A stretch of 64,000 nucleotides of DNA from a virus: IMG/VR virus record IMGVR_UViG_3300047557_002876, positions 7,158-71,157 of that record. The stretch is one strand, 5' to 3'. Numbering within the stretch: the stretch's first letter is position 1; each line of letters opens with the position of its first letter. A model generated the notes under the pieces. The model ran no database searches. It saw nothing but the letters and a program-made list of their open reading frames with translations, and was not told the DNA's origin. Shown here piece by piece: positions 28,978 to 39,099 of the stretch. Made by a program: the position numbers and the translations under genes.

Positions 28978-30846
28978 ATGGCAATTTTATCTTCGCCTCT
29001 TAATTTTCAAAGAATAACTAAAACAGCAGGTGAAGCAAAAAGAAATGTTGCGTCTGCTGGAAGATCTATAAAAAATATTACTCAAGTTGTTTTTAGAAGA
29101 ACTAAAGTAAAAAGAGAATTATTTGCCTCTTCTAAAATGATGAGAGATAGAAGAGTTGAAAATGAAAGAAGAAAACAAGTTGAAGATGAAATAGAATCTC
29201 CAAGTGTGGCAATTAAACCAGATGGTCCACAAAAATTAGTTCAATCCAGTACAAGTAAAGGTTTTTTTGATAGAATTTTGGGGTTTATTGGTTATCTAAC
29301 TGCAGGTTGGATAATGAATAATTTGCCAACTTTAATTGGAATTGGTAAAGAATTTATAGCAAGACTTCAAAGAGCTGGGCAGATTCTTTCTGGGTTTTTT
29401 AGTAATACAATACAATTGTTTGTTGGGTTTGGTAATATCTTAAGTGCATATGGTCAGAATTTGATGAGTTTTGATTTTTTCGATAGTTCAAAAAGAATAA
29501 AAAATTCATTTGATGGTTTGAATCTTACCATAGAAAATATGGGGAGACAAATTGAAGAGGCATTGAGTCTTGTTACCACCCCACTTACTGAAGGAAAGTA
29601 CAGTGGAGAACAAATTCCTAGTTTTGGAACAGAACAGCAAGGTGAGGGTGCTTATGAGACTCAACCTTCAACAGGAGGTATGGGGGGAGGAGGCAGATGG
29701 AAACCTTTATTAGATTTGATTGCATCAGTAGAATCTTCAACGGATAAAAAAAATAATGGTTATGATGCACAAAATGGTGCTCCTGGTGGAGTAAGACCAG
29801 GTTTAAGTCAAATGACAATTGGGGAAATTGCTAGATCTGCACCTGGTGCTTCTGGTAGATATCAACAAATGCCTCAATTTCTTCTTGGGAGAGCAAAAGC
29901 TGCAGGTTTTAATGAAAATACGGTTTTTAGTCCAGCAGTTCAAGATACTTTGGCAATTAAACAGATAGAAGGTAGAGGTGGAAAATCTTGGTTGTCTGGA
30001 AAAATTTCTACAGAACAATTCATGCAAGGTCTGTCTCAAGAGTGGGCAGCATTACCAAATGCTTCTGGTAACTTCTATTATCGAGGTCAACGTAGTTCTC
30101 TAAGACCAGAAGCAGTTAAGTCTGCACTGGACCAGGTTAAAAAAAGTTCAGAAGTTCCAACATCTCAATCACAAGCACAAATAGAACAAGTTCCTGTAGG
30201 AAAAGTTAAACCTATCTTAACTAGCAGATTCGGTGCCCAGAGAGGATCTAGAATGCATGGAGGGACTGATTTATCTGTTCCTTACGGAACACCATTAAGG
30301 GCAGTTGCAGATGGTAGAATTGTTGAAACAAATTGGCAAGATGGGTGGGGTTACTTTTTAGTGTATCAAGATACTGCAGGTTTATATCATCTATATGGGC
30401 ATATGCCTAAAGGATCATATAAAACTAGTGGAACAGTTAAAAAAGGTGAAGTAATTGGTAAAGTTGGAAGCACTGGAAGAAGTAGTGGTCCGCATTTACA
30501 CTGGGAAATTGGTAGAAGTTGGAATGGTACTATTGGTGGAAAATTTGATCCATTAAGTCTCTATAGTCCCAATGCACCTTTTAATACCCCATCGGGACCT
30601 GGAGTTGCGCCTGGAGCACCAGCACAAATATCTGCGCCATCAAGACAAAGTAGTTCTTATCAATCTGGGTTAACACCAGAAAGAAGAGGTCAAGATATTA
30701 TAATTGCTCAACCACCATCACAGCAAAATATTTCAGTGAGTGGTGATGGTGGGTCTAAAGATATTGGTCCAAATCCAATAACTAATTTTGATATGTTAAA
30801 TAACTTTATTAAGAATAAACTTCTTCTCGATTTAGCGTATCTATAA
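28978..30846 (+). CDS. Tail-associated lysin: lysozyme-like domain plus M23 peptidase
   Basis: LLDLIASVES...ASGRYQ..P...QD.LA...EWAALP (lysozyme-like); HGGTDL, LYGHM and STGRSSGPHLHWE (M23). Confidence 0.8.
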   Translation: MAILSSPLNFQRITKTAGEAKRNVASAGRSIKNITQVVFRRTKVKRELFASSKMMRDRRVENERRKQVEDEIESPSVAIKPDGPQKLVQSSTSKGFFDRILGFIGYLTAGWIMNNLPTLIGIGKEFIARLQRAGQILSGFFSNTIQLFVGFGNILSAYGQNLMSFDFFDSSKRIKNSFDGLNLTIENMGRQIEEALSLVTTPLTEGKYSGEQIPSFGTEQQGEGAYETQPSTGGMGGGGRWKPLLDLIASVESSTDKKNNGYDAQNGAPGGVRPGLSQMTIGEIARSAPGASGRYQQMPQFLLGRAKAAGFNENTVFSPAVQDTLAIKQIEGRGGKSWLSGKISTEQFMQGLSQEWAALPNASGNFYYRGQRSSLRPEAVKSALDQVKKSSEVPTSQSQAQIEQVPVGKVKPILTSRFGAQRGSRMHGGTDLSVPYGTPLRAVADGRIVETNWQDGWGYFLVYQDTAGLYHLYGHMPKGSYKTSGTVKKGEVIGKVGSTGRSSGPHLHWEIGRSWNGTIGGKFDPLSLYSPNAPFNTPSGPGVAPGAPAQISAPSRQSSSYQSGLTPERRGQDIIIAQPPSQQNISVSGDGGSKDIGPNPITNFDMLNNFIKNKLLLDLAYL

Positions 30847-32201
30847 TGTCAATTACAAAATCAATATACGAAGAGTTAATTTTAGAATCTAATGATCGTA
30901 GTAGGACGATTGATATTACAACGGGTGCAATTTCCGTAGATTATTATGAAGATATTTTTTCTCCTACAATTACTGCAAAAATTAAAGTTGTAAATACTGG
31001 AAATACAATTACAGCAGAAGAAGGTACAAATAAGCAATCAATATATAATGGTCTTCCTCTAAGAGGAGGAGAAAGAGTTTCAATGAAAATTGCTGGAAAT
31101 TCTACAACTAATCCTGGTCTAGACTTTTCAAAAAAAGTAGAAGATTATCTTTATGTATCAAGTATTACTGATGTAATTTCAGAAACCAATCAAGAAAGTT
31201 TCACCTTACATTTAGTATCGAGAGAAGCAATTACAAATGAGACAGTTAGAATTGGTAGAAAATATCCAACCAGTTCAAAAATTAGTGAATCAGTAAATGA
31301 TATTTTGACAAATTATTTAAAAACTAATAAACTAGGTTTAATTGATAGTACATCAAACAAATATGGGTTCATAGGAAACTTAAGAAAACCTTTTACTGTT
31401 TTAGTTTGGCTTGCATCAAAAGCAGTTCCAGAAAGTTCAGGAAGTGCTACTGCAGGGTTTTTATTCTATCAAACTCAAGATGGGTTTCAGTTTAGATCAG
31501 TTGATAAACTAATTAACCAATCACCAAGAACAGATGTAAATGGTAATAAAGTAATCTATACGTATAGTCAAGCAAACGTTTCTTATGATGAAGGTGAGAA
31601 AGTTAACAATGACTTTAGAATTCTTAATTATTTTGTCGAAAAAAATCAAAACCTGATTGAAAAACTAAAACTTGGCACTTACGGCAGTCATAGAATGTTT
31701 TTCAATCCGCTAGACTTTTCATTTTCCAAACCAGAAGAAGGAATATTTAAATTAGAAAATTATGCTGGAAAAACCAAAAATCTTGGTGAGCAATTAAAAC
31801 TTCCACCTTTATCAGAAGGTTCTAATAAAACCCTAGGTGATGTGCCAACAAGAACTATAACAGCAATATATGACGTTGGTACAATGGATAAGGGAATTTC
31901 AAAAGAAATTAATTCTGACCAAACTCAATATCAATCTCAATCATTAATGAGATATAATATTCTTTTTACCCAGACTCTGAGCATTATAGTTCCATCTAAT
32001 ACCAATTTGAGAGCTGGTGATGTAATTGAATGTCGATTCCCAAAAATTACGCAAACAAAATCAAAAGAATATGACACAGAAACTAGTGGTCTATATATGA
32101 TAAAGGAATTATGTCATCACTTTGACTCTAATTATTCATACACTTCAATGAAGCTAGTCAGAGACACTTTTGGCATCAATACAGAAGCAAGAGAAGAATA
32201 A
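30846..32201 (+). CDS. Baseplate hub/tail protein (gp27-like position)
   Basis: YYEDIFSP, FLFYQT.DGF.F.S, L.AGD.I and SG.Y.I..L.H motifs; upstream of gp5. Confidence 0.6.
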   Translation: MSITKSIYEELILESNDRSRTIDITTGAISVDYYEDIFSPTITAKIKVVNTGNTITAEEGTNKQSIYNGLPLRGGERVSMKIAGNSTTNPGLDFSKKVEDYLYVSSITDVISETNQESFTLHLVSREAITNETVRIGRKYPTSSKISESVNDILTNYLKTNKLGLIDSTSNKYGFIGNLRKPFTVLVWLASKAVPESSGSATAGFLFYQTQDGFQFRSVDKLINQSPRTDVNGNKVIYTYSQANVSYDEGEKVNNDFRILNYFVEKNQNLIEKLKLGTYGSHRMFFNPLDFSFSKPEEGIFKLENYAGKTKNLGEQLKLPPLSEGSNKTLGDVPTRTITAIYDVGTMDKGISKEINSDQTQYQSQSLMRYNILFTQTLSIIVPSNTNLRAGDVIECRFPKITQTKSKEYDTETSGLYMIKELCHHFDSNYSYTSMKLVRDTFGINTEAREE

Positions 32202-34148
32202 ATGTTAGATCAGTCATTACTTCAAAGTCATTTCATAGGCAGAGATGGTTTTCGTTGGTGGATAGGTCAAATTCCGCCAATAGGTTCTATGGGAGAACAG
32301 GTAGAAGGTGGAGGATGGGGAAATAGATTTAAGGTAAGAATTCTTGGATATCATCCATATAGCGAAGCTGAGTTGCCAAATGAAGATCTTCCTTGGGCAC
32401 AATGCTTAATACCAACTACTGCTGGAAGTGGTGCTGCAAATGTTTCAACTGGAATTCAACTCCAGCAAGGTGATGTTGTACTTGGTTTCTTTTTAGATGG
32501 CGATAATGCTCAAATACCAGTAATATTAGCGACGTTTGGGAGAAGTGATTCGGTTCCATCTGCAGATTATCAATCTCCATTTACTCCATTTACTGGGTTC
32601 TCCAGTTTGATGCAAAAGAATAAAGTTACTCCCAGCGAAAGTAATGAAGTAAAGACAAATTCTTTACCATCGCCGCAAGATGTTTCTCCTGAACAAGCAA
32701 AACAATTATCTCCTATTTTTGGTTATCAAGTCGTATCAACTAACTCTGCAATAGGAGATATTGTTCCACTTGCAAATACAGTTCAGAATACAAAAACGTC
32801 TAAAATTAAATCCATAATTACAAATTTATTAAAGAAATTAAAAAAAATTCAGGGTGATATACAAAGAATTCGCAATGAAATAAGAAAAGCAGCGCAAAAA
32901 ATTGTAGCATTATGCAATGAATTTGTTGGTTTATTGATGAAAAAATTAATCAATACTTTGAAGAGTCTATTGAAAAAGGGGTTAGATTTATTATATAAAC
33001 TAGTGTATAATACCGTGCTTGCTGCTACAGGAAATCCAGCTGCAGCGCATCTTGCTGGAGTTGCAGCACAAAAAGCAATGGTCGGACCAGTCAAAGCGTT
33101 AGAAAATGCTTTTAGTTGTGTTGCAGGAGAAGTAATTAATAAATTAGTGGGTGTAGTAACTGATATTATTACATCTGTAGTTGATAACGTTGATAGATTC
33201 GTATCATGTGCAGCAGATCAATTTGTTGGTTCTCTTCTTAATACTATTATTGATACTTTAGAGTTTTTAATGTCTGGTCCTCTTGCAGGTGTTGAAAAAT
33301 TACTTCAGTTCTTTTCAGATTTCAGTGTAGGTGGTTTAATGCGTTCCGTGATTGATGGTCTTGCTTCGGCTGGGGCAGCTTTTGATTGCAATCAAAATTT
33401 TGATAAATTTAAGGGTCTGGTAAATGAATGGGTTGTAGGCGGTGGACCAAAATATGGAAATGCTAATCCATATGAAAGTATTAAAAATATAGTAAACATT
33501 CAAAATTCTGGCATCGATCCAAATAAAGTTCTAGAATGTTTTTCTGGAGCACTTCAGTTTGCAAACCCACCAACCATTAATATTTTTGGAGGTACTGGTT
33601 CTGGTTGCAGCGCAATTCCAATTTTTGGCAATTTGATAACTAGAGAGGATGGTGCTGTCACTGCAAGTGTAATTGGAGTTCAAATCACAAATCCAGGTTC
33701 TGGTTACACTTTCCCACCTTTTGTTGAAATTGTAGATGATAATGATCAAGGTTATGGTGCTATAGCAAGATCAATAATCAACGAAAATGGTGAGGTTGAA
33801 TCAATCTATATTGTATCGGAAGGAGAAAATTATTCTGTGGGAGAAATTGGCAATTACTCTGTTATTGATGTAATTGTTGAAGAGGGTGGTTCTGGTTATG
33901 TTGATGGAGATATTGTTGTAGATAATCTTGGTAATGAATATATTACAGAAGTTGTTGACGGTAGAATTTATAAAGTCACTCCACTAAATAATGTAGTTCA
34001 GACAATCCCAATTTTAATTGCTGATCCTCGAGCTTCAAAAGAATCAAATAATAATTTGGGAGGAAGTGGCGCAATTCTTAGACCATTATTAGGATCTCCT
34101 AAATTTACAGGGGAAGTTAAAACGATTGTAGATTGTATTACTAAGTAG
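32202..34148 (+). CDS. gp5: Baseplate hub spike gp5, N-terminal OB-fold part, no lysozyme domain
   Basis: WWIGQI, R.KVRILGYH....LP..DLPWA and V.GFFLDG..AQ.PVI. Confidence 0.8.
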   Translation: MLDQSLLQSHFIGRDGFRWWIGQIPPIGSMGEQVEGGGWGNRFKVRILGYHPYSEAELPNEDLPWAQCLIPTTAGSGAANVSTGIQLQQGDVVLGFFLDGDNAQIPVILATFGRSDSVPSADYQSPFTPFTGFSSLMQKNKVTPSESNEVKTNSLPSPQDVSPEQAKQLSPIFGYQVVSTNSAIGDIVPLANTVQNTKTSKIKSIITNLLKKLKKIQGDIQRIRNEIRKAAQKIVALCNEFVGLLMKKLINTLKSLLKKGLDLLYKLVYNTVLAATGNPAAAHLAGVAAQKAMVGPVKALENAFSCVAGEVINKLVGVVTDIITSVVDNVDRFVSCAADQFVGSLLNTIIDTLEFLMSGPLAGVEKLLQFFSDFSVGGLMRSVIDGLASAGAAFDCNQNFDKFKGLVNEWVVGGGPKYGNANPYESIKNIVNIQNSGIDPNKVLECFSGALQFANPPTINIFGGTGSGCSAIPIFGNLITREDGAVTASVIGVQITNPGSGYTFPPFVEIVDDNDQGYGAIARSIINENGEVESIYIVSEGENYSVGEIGNYSVIDVIVEEGGSGYVDGDIVVDNLGNEYITEVVDGRIYKVTPLNNVVQTIPILIADPRASKESNNNLGGSGAILRPLLGSPKFTGEVKTIVDCITK

Positions 34149-34149
34149 C

Positions 34150-34713
34150 ATGGCAGGAAGAAATAAAAATCTTTTCAAAAGACAACTAATAAGTTTTAAT
34201 CCAAATTTTAGAATAGACACTGCAAATCCCCAAATGGGATTATCCGGCACTGATGTCTATAAAATTTATGGAGTAACAGATAATGGTGATAATCAATCTT
34301 CAATTTCTTTAAGTAGTGGTGGCATATTTTCGATTTATAATGATAGAACGATTCAAATTTCTGGAGGAACAGAGAATCAAGGAGAAAGTGAAGATGTTAT
34401 TATTATGGGTAATAATGGTAACGTTTCAATTACTGCGAATGGAATGGTTCGCATCAGAGCAACCTCAATTATGTTGGAGGCAGATGAAGATATTCATCTA
34501 AAAGCAGGTAGAAATATAGACATCAACGGTGGTTCTGGAAGAGTTCTATTGAATGGAAATAAAATAGATGTTTCTGCACCGACTGGCAGTTTAATCGAAG
34601 AACTTGGGAAAGGATTTTTAAATGAAGTTTTTGATGGTAGTTTTGTAGGTGGAGATTTTATTAGTGGATTTATTGGCGGTCTTGCAAGCACTGTTTTAAA
34701 TACAATTTTCTAA
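34150..34713 (+). CDS. gp5 C-terminal-like beta-helix spike protein
   Basis: GNVSITANG..I.A..I.LEA..DI.LKAG.NI.I beta-helix pattern. Confidence 0.55.
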   Translation: MAGRNKNLFKRQLISFNPNFRIDTANPQMGLSGTDVYKIYGVTDNGDNQSSISLSSGGIFSIYNDRTIQISGGTENQGESEDVIIMGNNGNVSITANGMVRIRATSIMLEADEDIHLKAGRNIDINGGSGRVLLNGNKIDVSAPTGSLIEELGKGFLNEVFDGSFVGGDFISGFIGGLASTVLNTIF

Positions 34714-34714
34714 A

Positions 34715-37700
34715 ATGGCAGACATCACTGTTTTTGGCAATAAATCTAAATTTAATGAAGATGCTGAATTTTTCAAAGATGTTTACATTTATGGAAAATT
34801 ATATTACGATGATCTCATTGGAAAAGGGGCATTTGATAATTTAAGAGTAAATGGTGATGGTTATTTTGGTGGTGATGTATATATTGAAGGCAATTTAAAT
34901 GCAGGCATCATAACTGCAAGAGAAAAGTTAGATGTTGGTGTAGGTGGAACAATATTAACAACTTCTGATGGAAGGATTGGTATAGGAACAACAAATCCAT
35001 CACAAAATTTTGAAGTTATTGGGAGTGCTTTCGTAAGCAACAGTGTTGGAATTGGTAGCACTTTACCTGAAAGAAAACTCGATGTTGCTGGAAGTGTAAA
35101 AATTGCTCAGGATATCTATGATGCAGCAAATAACCCTGGTGTAGTTGGTGCTTTCTTAACAAAAGATGCTCAGGGTATCAAGTGGACTGCATTTGAGCCT
35201 TCTTTTACTGAAGGTATTTTTGTCTATAATGATGGTGTATTAGTTGGCCCTGGTTCTTACAGAGGTTTAAATCTTAAGACTGGAAACATTGCCACTGAAG
35301 GAATTAGAAATTCATCTCCAGGGTTAAATGTAGGAATTGTAACAGATACTATACAAACTTTTGTAAGTCCATTAAATCCAGACATTGCAGACATTTATGT
35401 TTTTGATGCTTGGGAAATAGATCCAGTTTCATTTAATGTTTATAGAAACTCTAGAGTTGGAATTCAAAATCCAAACCCAGTATATGATTTGGATGTTAAT
35501 GGGACAGTTTATATCAATGAAACTTTAGATGTAAATGGTGCTACATCTCTTAATGATACTCTTGATGTAGATGGAGCCACTACATTAAATAGCACTCTTG
35601 ATGTTGATGGCGGCACTACACTTAACAGTACATTAGATGTTGATGGTGCTACTACCCTGAATAACACATTAAACGTTTCAAGTTCAACAACTCTTTCAAG
35701 TACCTTAGTTGTAAGTGGTTCTACCTCGATCAATAATACTTTAGACGTATCTGGTCAAACTACACTCAGTAGTACTTTGGATGTTGGTTCTTCTACTACA
35801 TTAAATAGCACTCTTGATGTTGATGGTGACACTACACTTAACAGTACATTAGATGTTGATGGTGCTACTACATTAAATAGCACTCTTGATGTTGATGGCG
35901 GCACTACACTTAACAGTATATTAGATGTTGATGGTGCCACTACACTTAATAGTACATTAGATGTTGATGGTGCCACTACAATTAATAATACATTAACAGT
36001 AAGTAGTGATACTGCTTTACAGACAACACTTAAAGTTGGGGCAGCTGGAACAGTTATTACTACTACAAATTCCGGATTTATTGGGTTAGGTACAAATAAT
36101 CCATTAAAACCAATTGATGCAACATCTGATTTGATTATTAGAAAAAGGCTATATGACTCAAATGAAAATGTAGGTTATGATACTAGTTTTTATAAACCAC
36201 CTAGAGCAGTATTAACTCAGGTTGGTATTGGAACAACTGGTGAAATAATTGGGGGTAGATTCTTTGATGCTGCTAATATGATTCGTTTGAATTTAGACTT
36301 CATTGCAGCAGAAGCTGTTGGTTTTATAACAAGTACAGATTACAAAAATCCTGCTTTTATAGTTCCAGGAAGTGGTGGAGTTTCAACATGTAGAAGTGAT
36401 ATTAAAAAGATTTTAAAAGCAATCACATTAGATATTACAAAAGGTGGAAATTCTCAGTCTGTTGGTGCAGGTTTATCATATTACAATGGAGGATCATTAA
36501 TTCATATTACTGGAAATGATATCAACGGTTATTCGATTAAAACTGCAACAATTGATGCAATAAAAAAAGCAGCAGAATTTTCAAGATATGTAATTAACAA
36601 TGTTTCTTTACCAAAATCTTATCAATCTGGTGTAACTAGTGTTCGTCAAATTAAAGATCTAACTCTACAAAATGATCCATCTGTTGGAGTAAATACGAAT
36701 CTAAATGGTTGCGCAAATGTAACATCAGCAATATATACGTGCGCTGGAATTGTAACCACAATTATTGGCAATGGACCATCTGCCGCACCAAATATTACAT
36801 ATCCCAATGGTAGAATTGTTTGGGCGCCTCCAGGTGCCGATTCAAGAAATTTAATTTGGGTTTCAAAATATGGCAACGATGACAATACGGGTAGCACTGA
36901 AGGAGACGCAAAACTAACAATTGGTGCTGCATGTGCCATAGCTGAACCTGGTGATACTGTTATGGTTCGCTCTGGTGTTTATTATGAAAATAATCCCATT
37001 GGTTTGAGATCGGATGTCACAGTTTCTGGACAAGATTTAAGATTAGTAACAGTTGTACCACTTAACCCAAATAGAGATGTATTTCATGTAAGAAGAGGTT
37101 GCTTAATAGAAAACTTAAATTTTGCTGGATCAGATATTTCAGTAGATCATAGTGGTTGTGGTGCCGTAGCATTCCCCCCAACACTAACTGATATAAACGC
37201 TGGAAAGGCATTTAGAGCAGTTACAGGATATACTGCTTTGGGTCCAGCAAATGAAGGTCCTACTGGAAGATGGAGATCACCTTATGTGAGAAACTGTACA
37301 AATTTCATGACCAAGAGTATTGGCATGAAGATTAATGGTAATCACTCAGTTTCTTCAACAATTGGTGCAGATTTGAAATGTATGGTTTGCGACTCATTTA
37401 CACAATATAATGAGGCTGGCATAGGTGTTTCAATTACTAATAATGGTTACGCTCAACTTGTATCCATTTTTACAATTAACTGTGATATAGCAATTTATTG
37501 TGATACTGGTGGACAATGCGATCTTACAAACTCAAACTCTTCTTTTGGAAATTATGGATTATATGCAGTTGGTCTAGGTGCAACAGAATTTACGGGAAAA
37601 GTAAATACAACAACTCTATCTGAAAGTGATGTTATTGTATTTAAAGACGTGAGTGATGGTTCTCAACCAAGAAGACCATATGATGGTCAAGCACTTTATT

Positions 37701-38431
37701 TCAAAATAAATCTAGAAAATTATACCACTGGTCAAACAGGTATTCTTACTTCTCCATTACGAAGATTAAAAGCAATTAATGTTATTAATGGTGGGTCTGG
37801 TTATAGCCCATCTTCTCCACCAGATATTACATTATATGATTATAATACTGGCGATACAGTTCCATTAGGACCTGAAGGAATTATTGCAGAGGTTTCACCG
37901 ACAATAGACCCAATTTCTGGAGCAATTACAGTAGTTGACATTATTAATAGTGGAAGAAATTATCTTCCCACGCAAGATATGAGAGTAAGACTCAACGGTA
38001 TACCGACAAATGACCTAGTTGCTGTTATGGAACCAATTTATTACACTGTCGGATCTGCAACTTCTGTAACTTCTGCTGGTATCACTACTGTTACATTAAA
38101 TGAATTCGTTCCATATTTTGTCTATGAAAATGATGAAATTGAAATGAGAAGGATTAGTAGAATTTTAACTAGTGGACATTCCTTTGAGTATATTGGTACT
38201 GGTACAGATATAAATACCTCAACACCTCTAAAAGGTGCTGTTCCTATTAAAGAAAATGAAATTGTTTATTTAGACGGTGCTCAAATACCTTACACAAGTA
38301 CAGATCAGCAAGGTAATTTTAATATTGGTGAAGGAATTCAAATCAACCAAAATACATCAACAATTACTGGAAGAGATTTTAGTAAGGCGATACAAGCAGA
38401 AGTTACACCCTTAATTCTTGCATTGAGATAA
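34715..38431 (+). CDS. Tail fibre / tailspike-like protein with 12-aa repeats and a beta-helix domain
   Basis: GIGTT motifs, LNSTLDVDGATT repeats, and a pectin-lyase-like segment (WVSK.G.D...TI..A...PGDTV.V..G.Y.E). Confidence 0.7.
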   Translation: MADITVFGNKSKFNEDAEFFKDVYIYGKLYYDDLIGKGAFDNLRVNGDGYFGGDVYIEGNLNAGIITAREKLDVGVGGTILTTSDGRIGIGTTNPSQNFEVIGSAFVSNSVGIGSTLPERKLDVAGSVKIAQDIYDAANNPGVVGAFLTKDAQGIKWTAFEPSFTEGIFVYNDGVLVGPGSYRGLNLKTGNIATEGIRNSSPGLNVGIVTDTIQTFVSPLNPDIADIYVFDAWEIDPVSFNVYRNSRVGIQNPNPVYDLDVNGTVYINETLDVNGATSLNDTLDVDGATTLNSTLDVDGGTTLNSTLDVDGATTLNNTLNVSSSTTLSSTLVVSGSTSINNTLDVSGQTTLSSTLDVGSSTTLNSTLDVDGDTTLNSTLDVDGATTLNSTLDVDGGTTLNSILDVDGATTLNSTLDVDGATTINNTLTVSSDTALQTTLKVGAAGTVITTTNSGFIGLGTNNPLKPIDATSDLIIRKRLYDSNENVGYDTSFYKPPRAVLTQVGIGTTGEIIGGRFFDAANMIRLNLDFIAAEAVGFITSTDYKNPAFIVPGSGGVSTCRSDIKKILKAITLDITKGGNSQSVGAGLSYYNGGSLIHITGNDINGYSIKTATIDAIKKAAEFSRYVINNVSLPKSYQSGVTSVRQIKDLTLQNDPSVGVNTNLNGCANVTSAIYTCAGIVTTIIGNGPSAAPNITYPNGRIVWAPPGADSRNLIWVSKYGNDDNTGSTEGDAKLTIGAACAIAEPGDTVMVRSGVYYENNPIGLRSDVTVSGQDLRLVTVVPLNPNRDVFHVRRGCLIENLNFAGSDISVDHSGCGAVAFPPTLTDINAGKAFRAVTGYTALGPANEGPTGRWRSPYVRNCTNFMTKSIGMKINGNHSVSSTIGADLKCMVCDSFTQYNEAGIGVSITNNGYAQLVSIFTINCDIAIYCDTGGQCDLTNSNSSFGNYGLYAVGLGATEFTGKVNTTTLSESDVIVFKDVSDGSQPRRPYDGQALYFKINLENYTTGQTGILTSPLRRLKAINVINGGSGYSPSSPPDITLYDYNTGDTVPLGPEGIIAEVSPTIDPISGAITVVDIINSGRNYLPTQDMRVRLNGIPTNDLVAVMEPIYYTVGSATSVTSAGITTVTLNEFVPYFVYENDEIEMRRISRILTSGHSFEYIGTGTDINTSTPLKGAVPIKENEIVYLDGAQIPYTSTDQQGNFNIGEGIQINQNTSTITGRDFSKAIQAEVTPLILALR
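35480..36010 (+). repeat. Tandem 36-nt coding repeats (LNSTLDVDG(A/G)TT)
   Basis: About 14 units; nearly the same unit recurs at ~53850-54075. Confidence 0.9.
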
Positions 38432-38432
38432 T

Positions 38433-39098
38433 ATGGCAATTGCACCAGTTAATAAGTTTATAACCATTGCAGTCCCTGTTGCTCCAGGAGAGCAGACCAT
38501 ATATTCCACCCCCACAGGTGTATCTGCCATTATTCTTTATGCTCAAGTATCAAATGTTGCAACAGCAACAACTTACCCATCAATAACTTTCACACATAGA
38601 AGAAAGTCAAATAGGACTGGAAATGTTAGAAATATTAGAATTTTAAGAGGAACAGAAGTTCCTCCAAATGATAATTTAATCATCATTGATGGTAGATTAG
38701 TATTAGAAAGAACTGCTCTTATATCAGATTCTGTTGTAATTGAAGGAACACAGGCAGGAATAGTCACCGTCACAAATTGTCTTTATGATAATAACACTGG
38801 TATCACAACAGTAACAACTTTAACTCCTCATAATTTTTCTGCAGGAAGTGAAATAACAATGAGTGGTTTAGCTTTTACCTGCTCCCCTGGCACTAGCGGT
38901 GTAACAACAACAATCTATCCCTCACCACAAGCTTCATTTACAGTAACATCTATTACTGGGAATGTCGGAACTTCACTAACATTCACAACAAATACTGGTT
39001 CTATTGCAGGTATTGCACATACCTATGTGAGTGGGGGGAAAGTCGCACCACTCCAAATGGAGTTTATTTGTAGTATTCTAGAGAACAGTACAGTATAA
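38433..39098 (+). CDS. Virion structural protein
   Basis: MAIAPVNKF.T start, YD..TG.TT...H module and SILE end; within the fibre operon. Confidence 0.6.
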   Translation: MAIAPVNKFITIAVPVAPGEQTIYSTPTGVSAIILYAQVSNVATATTYPSITFTHRRKSNRTGNVRNIRILRGTEVPPNDNLIIIDGRLVLERTALISDSVVIEGTQAGIVTVTNCLYDNNTGITTVTTLTPHNFSAGSEITMSGLAFTCSPGTSGVTTTIYPSPQASFTVTSITGNVGTSLTFTTNTGSIAGIAHTYVSGGKVAPLQMEFICSILENSTV

Positions 39099-39099
39099 A

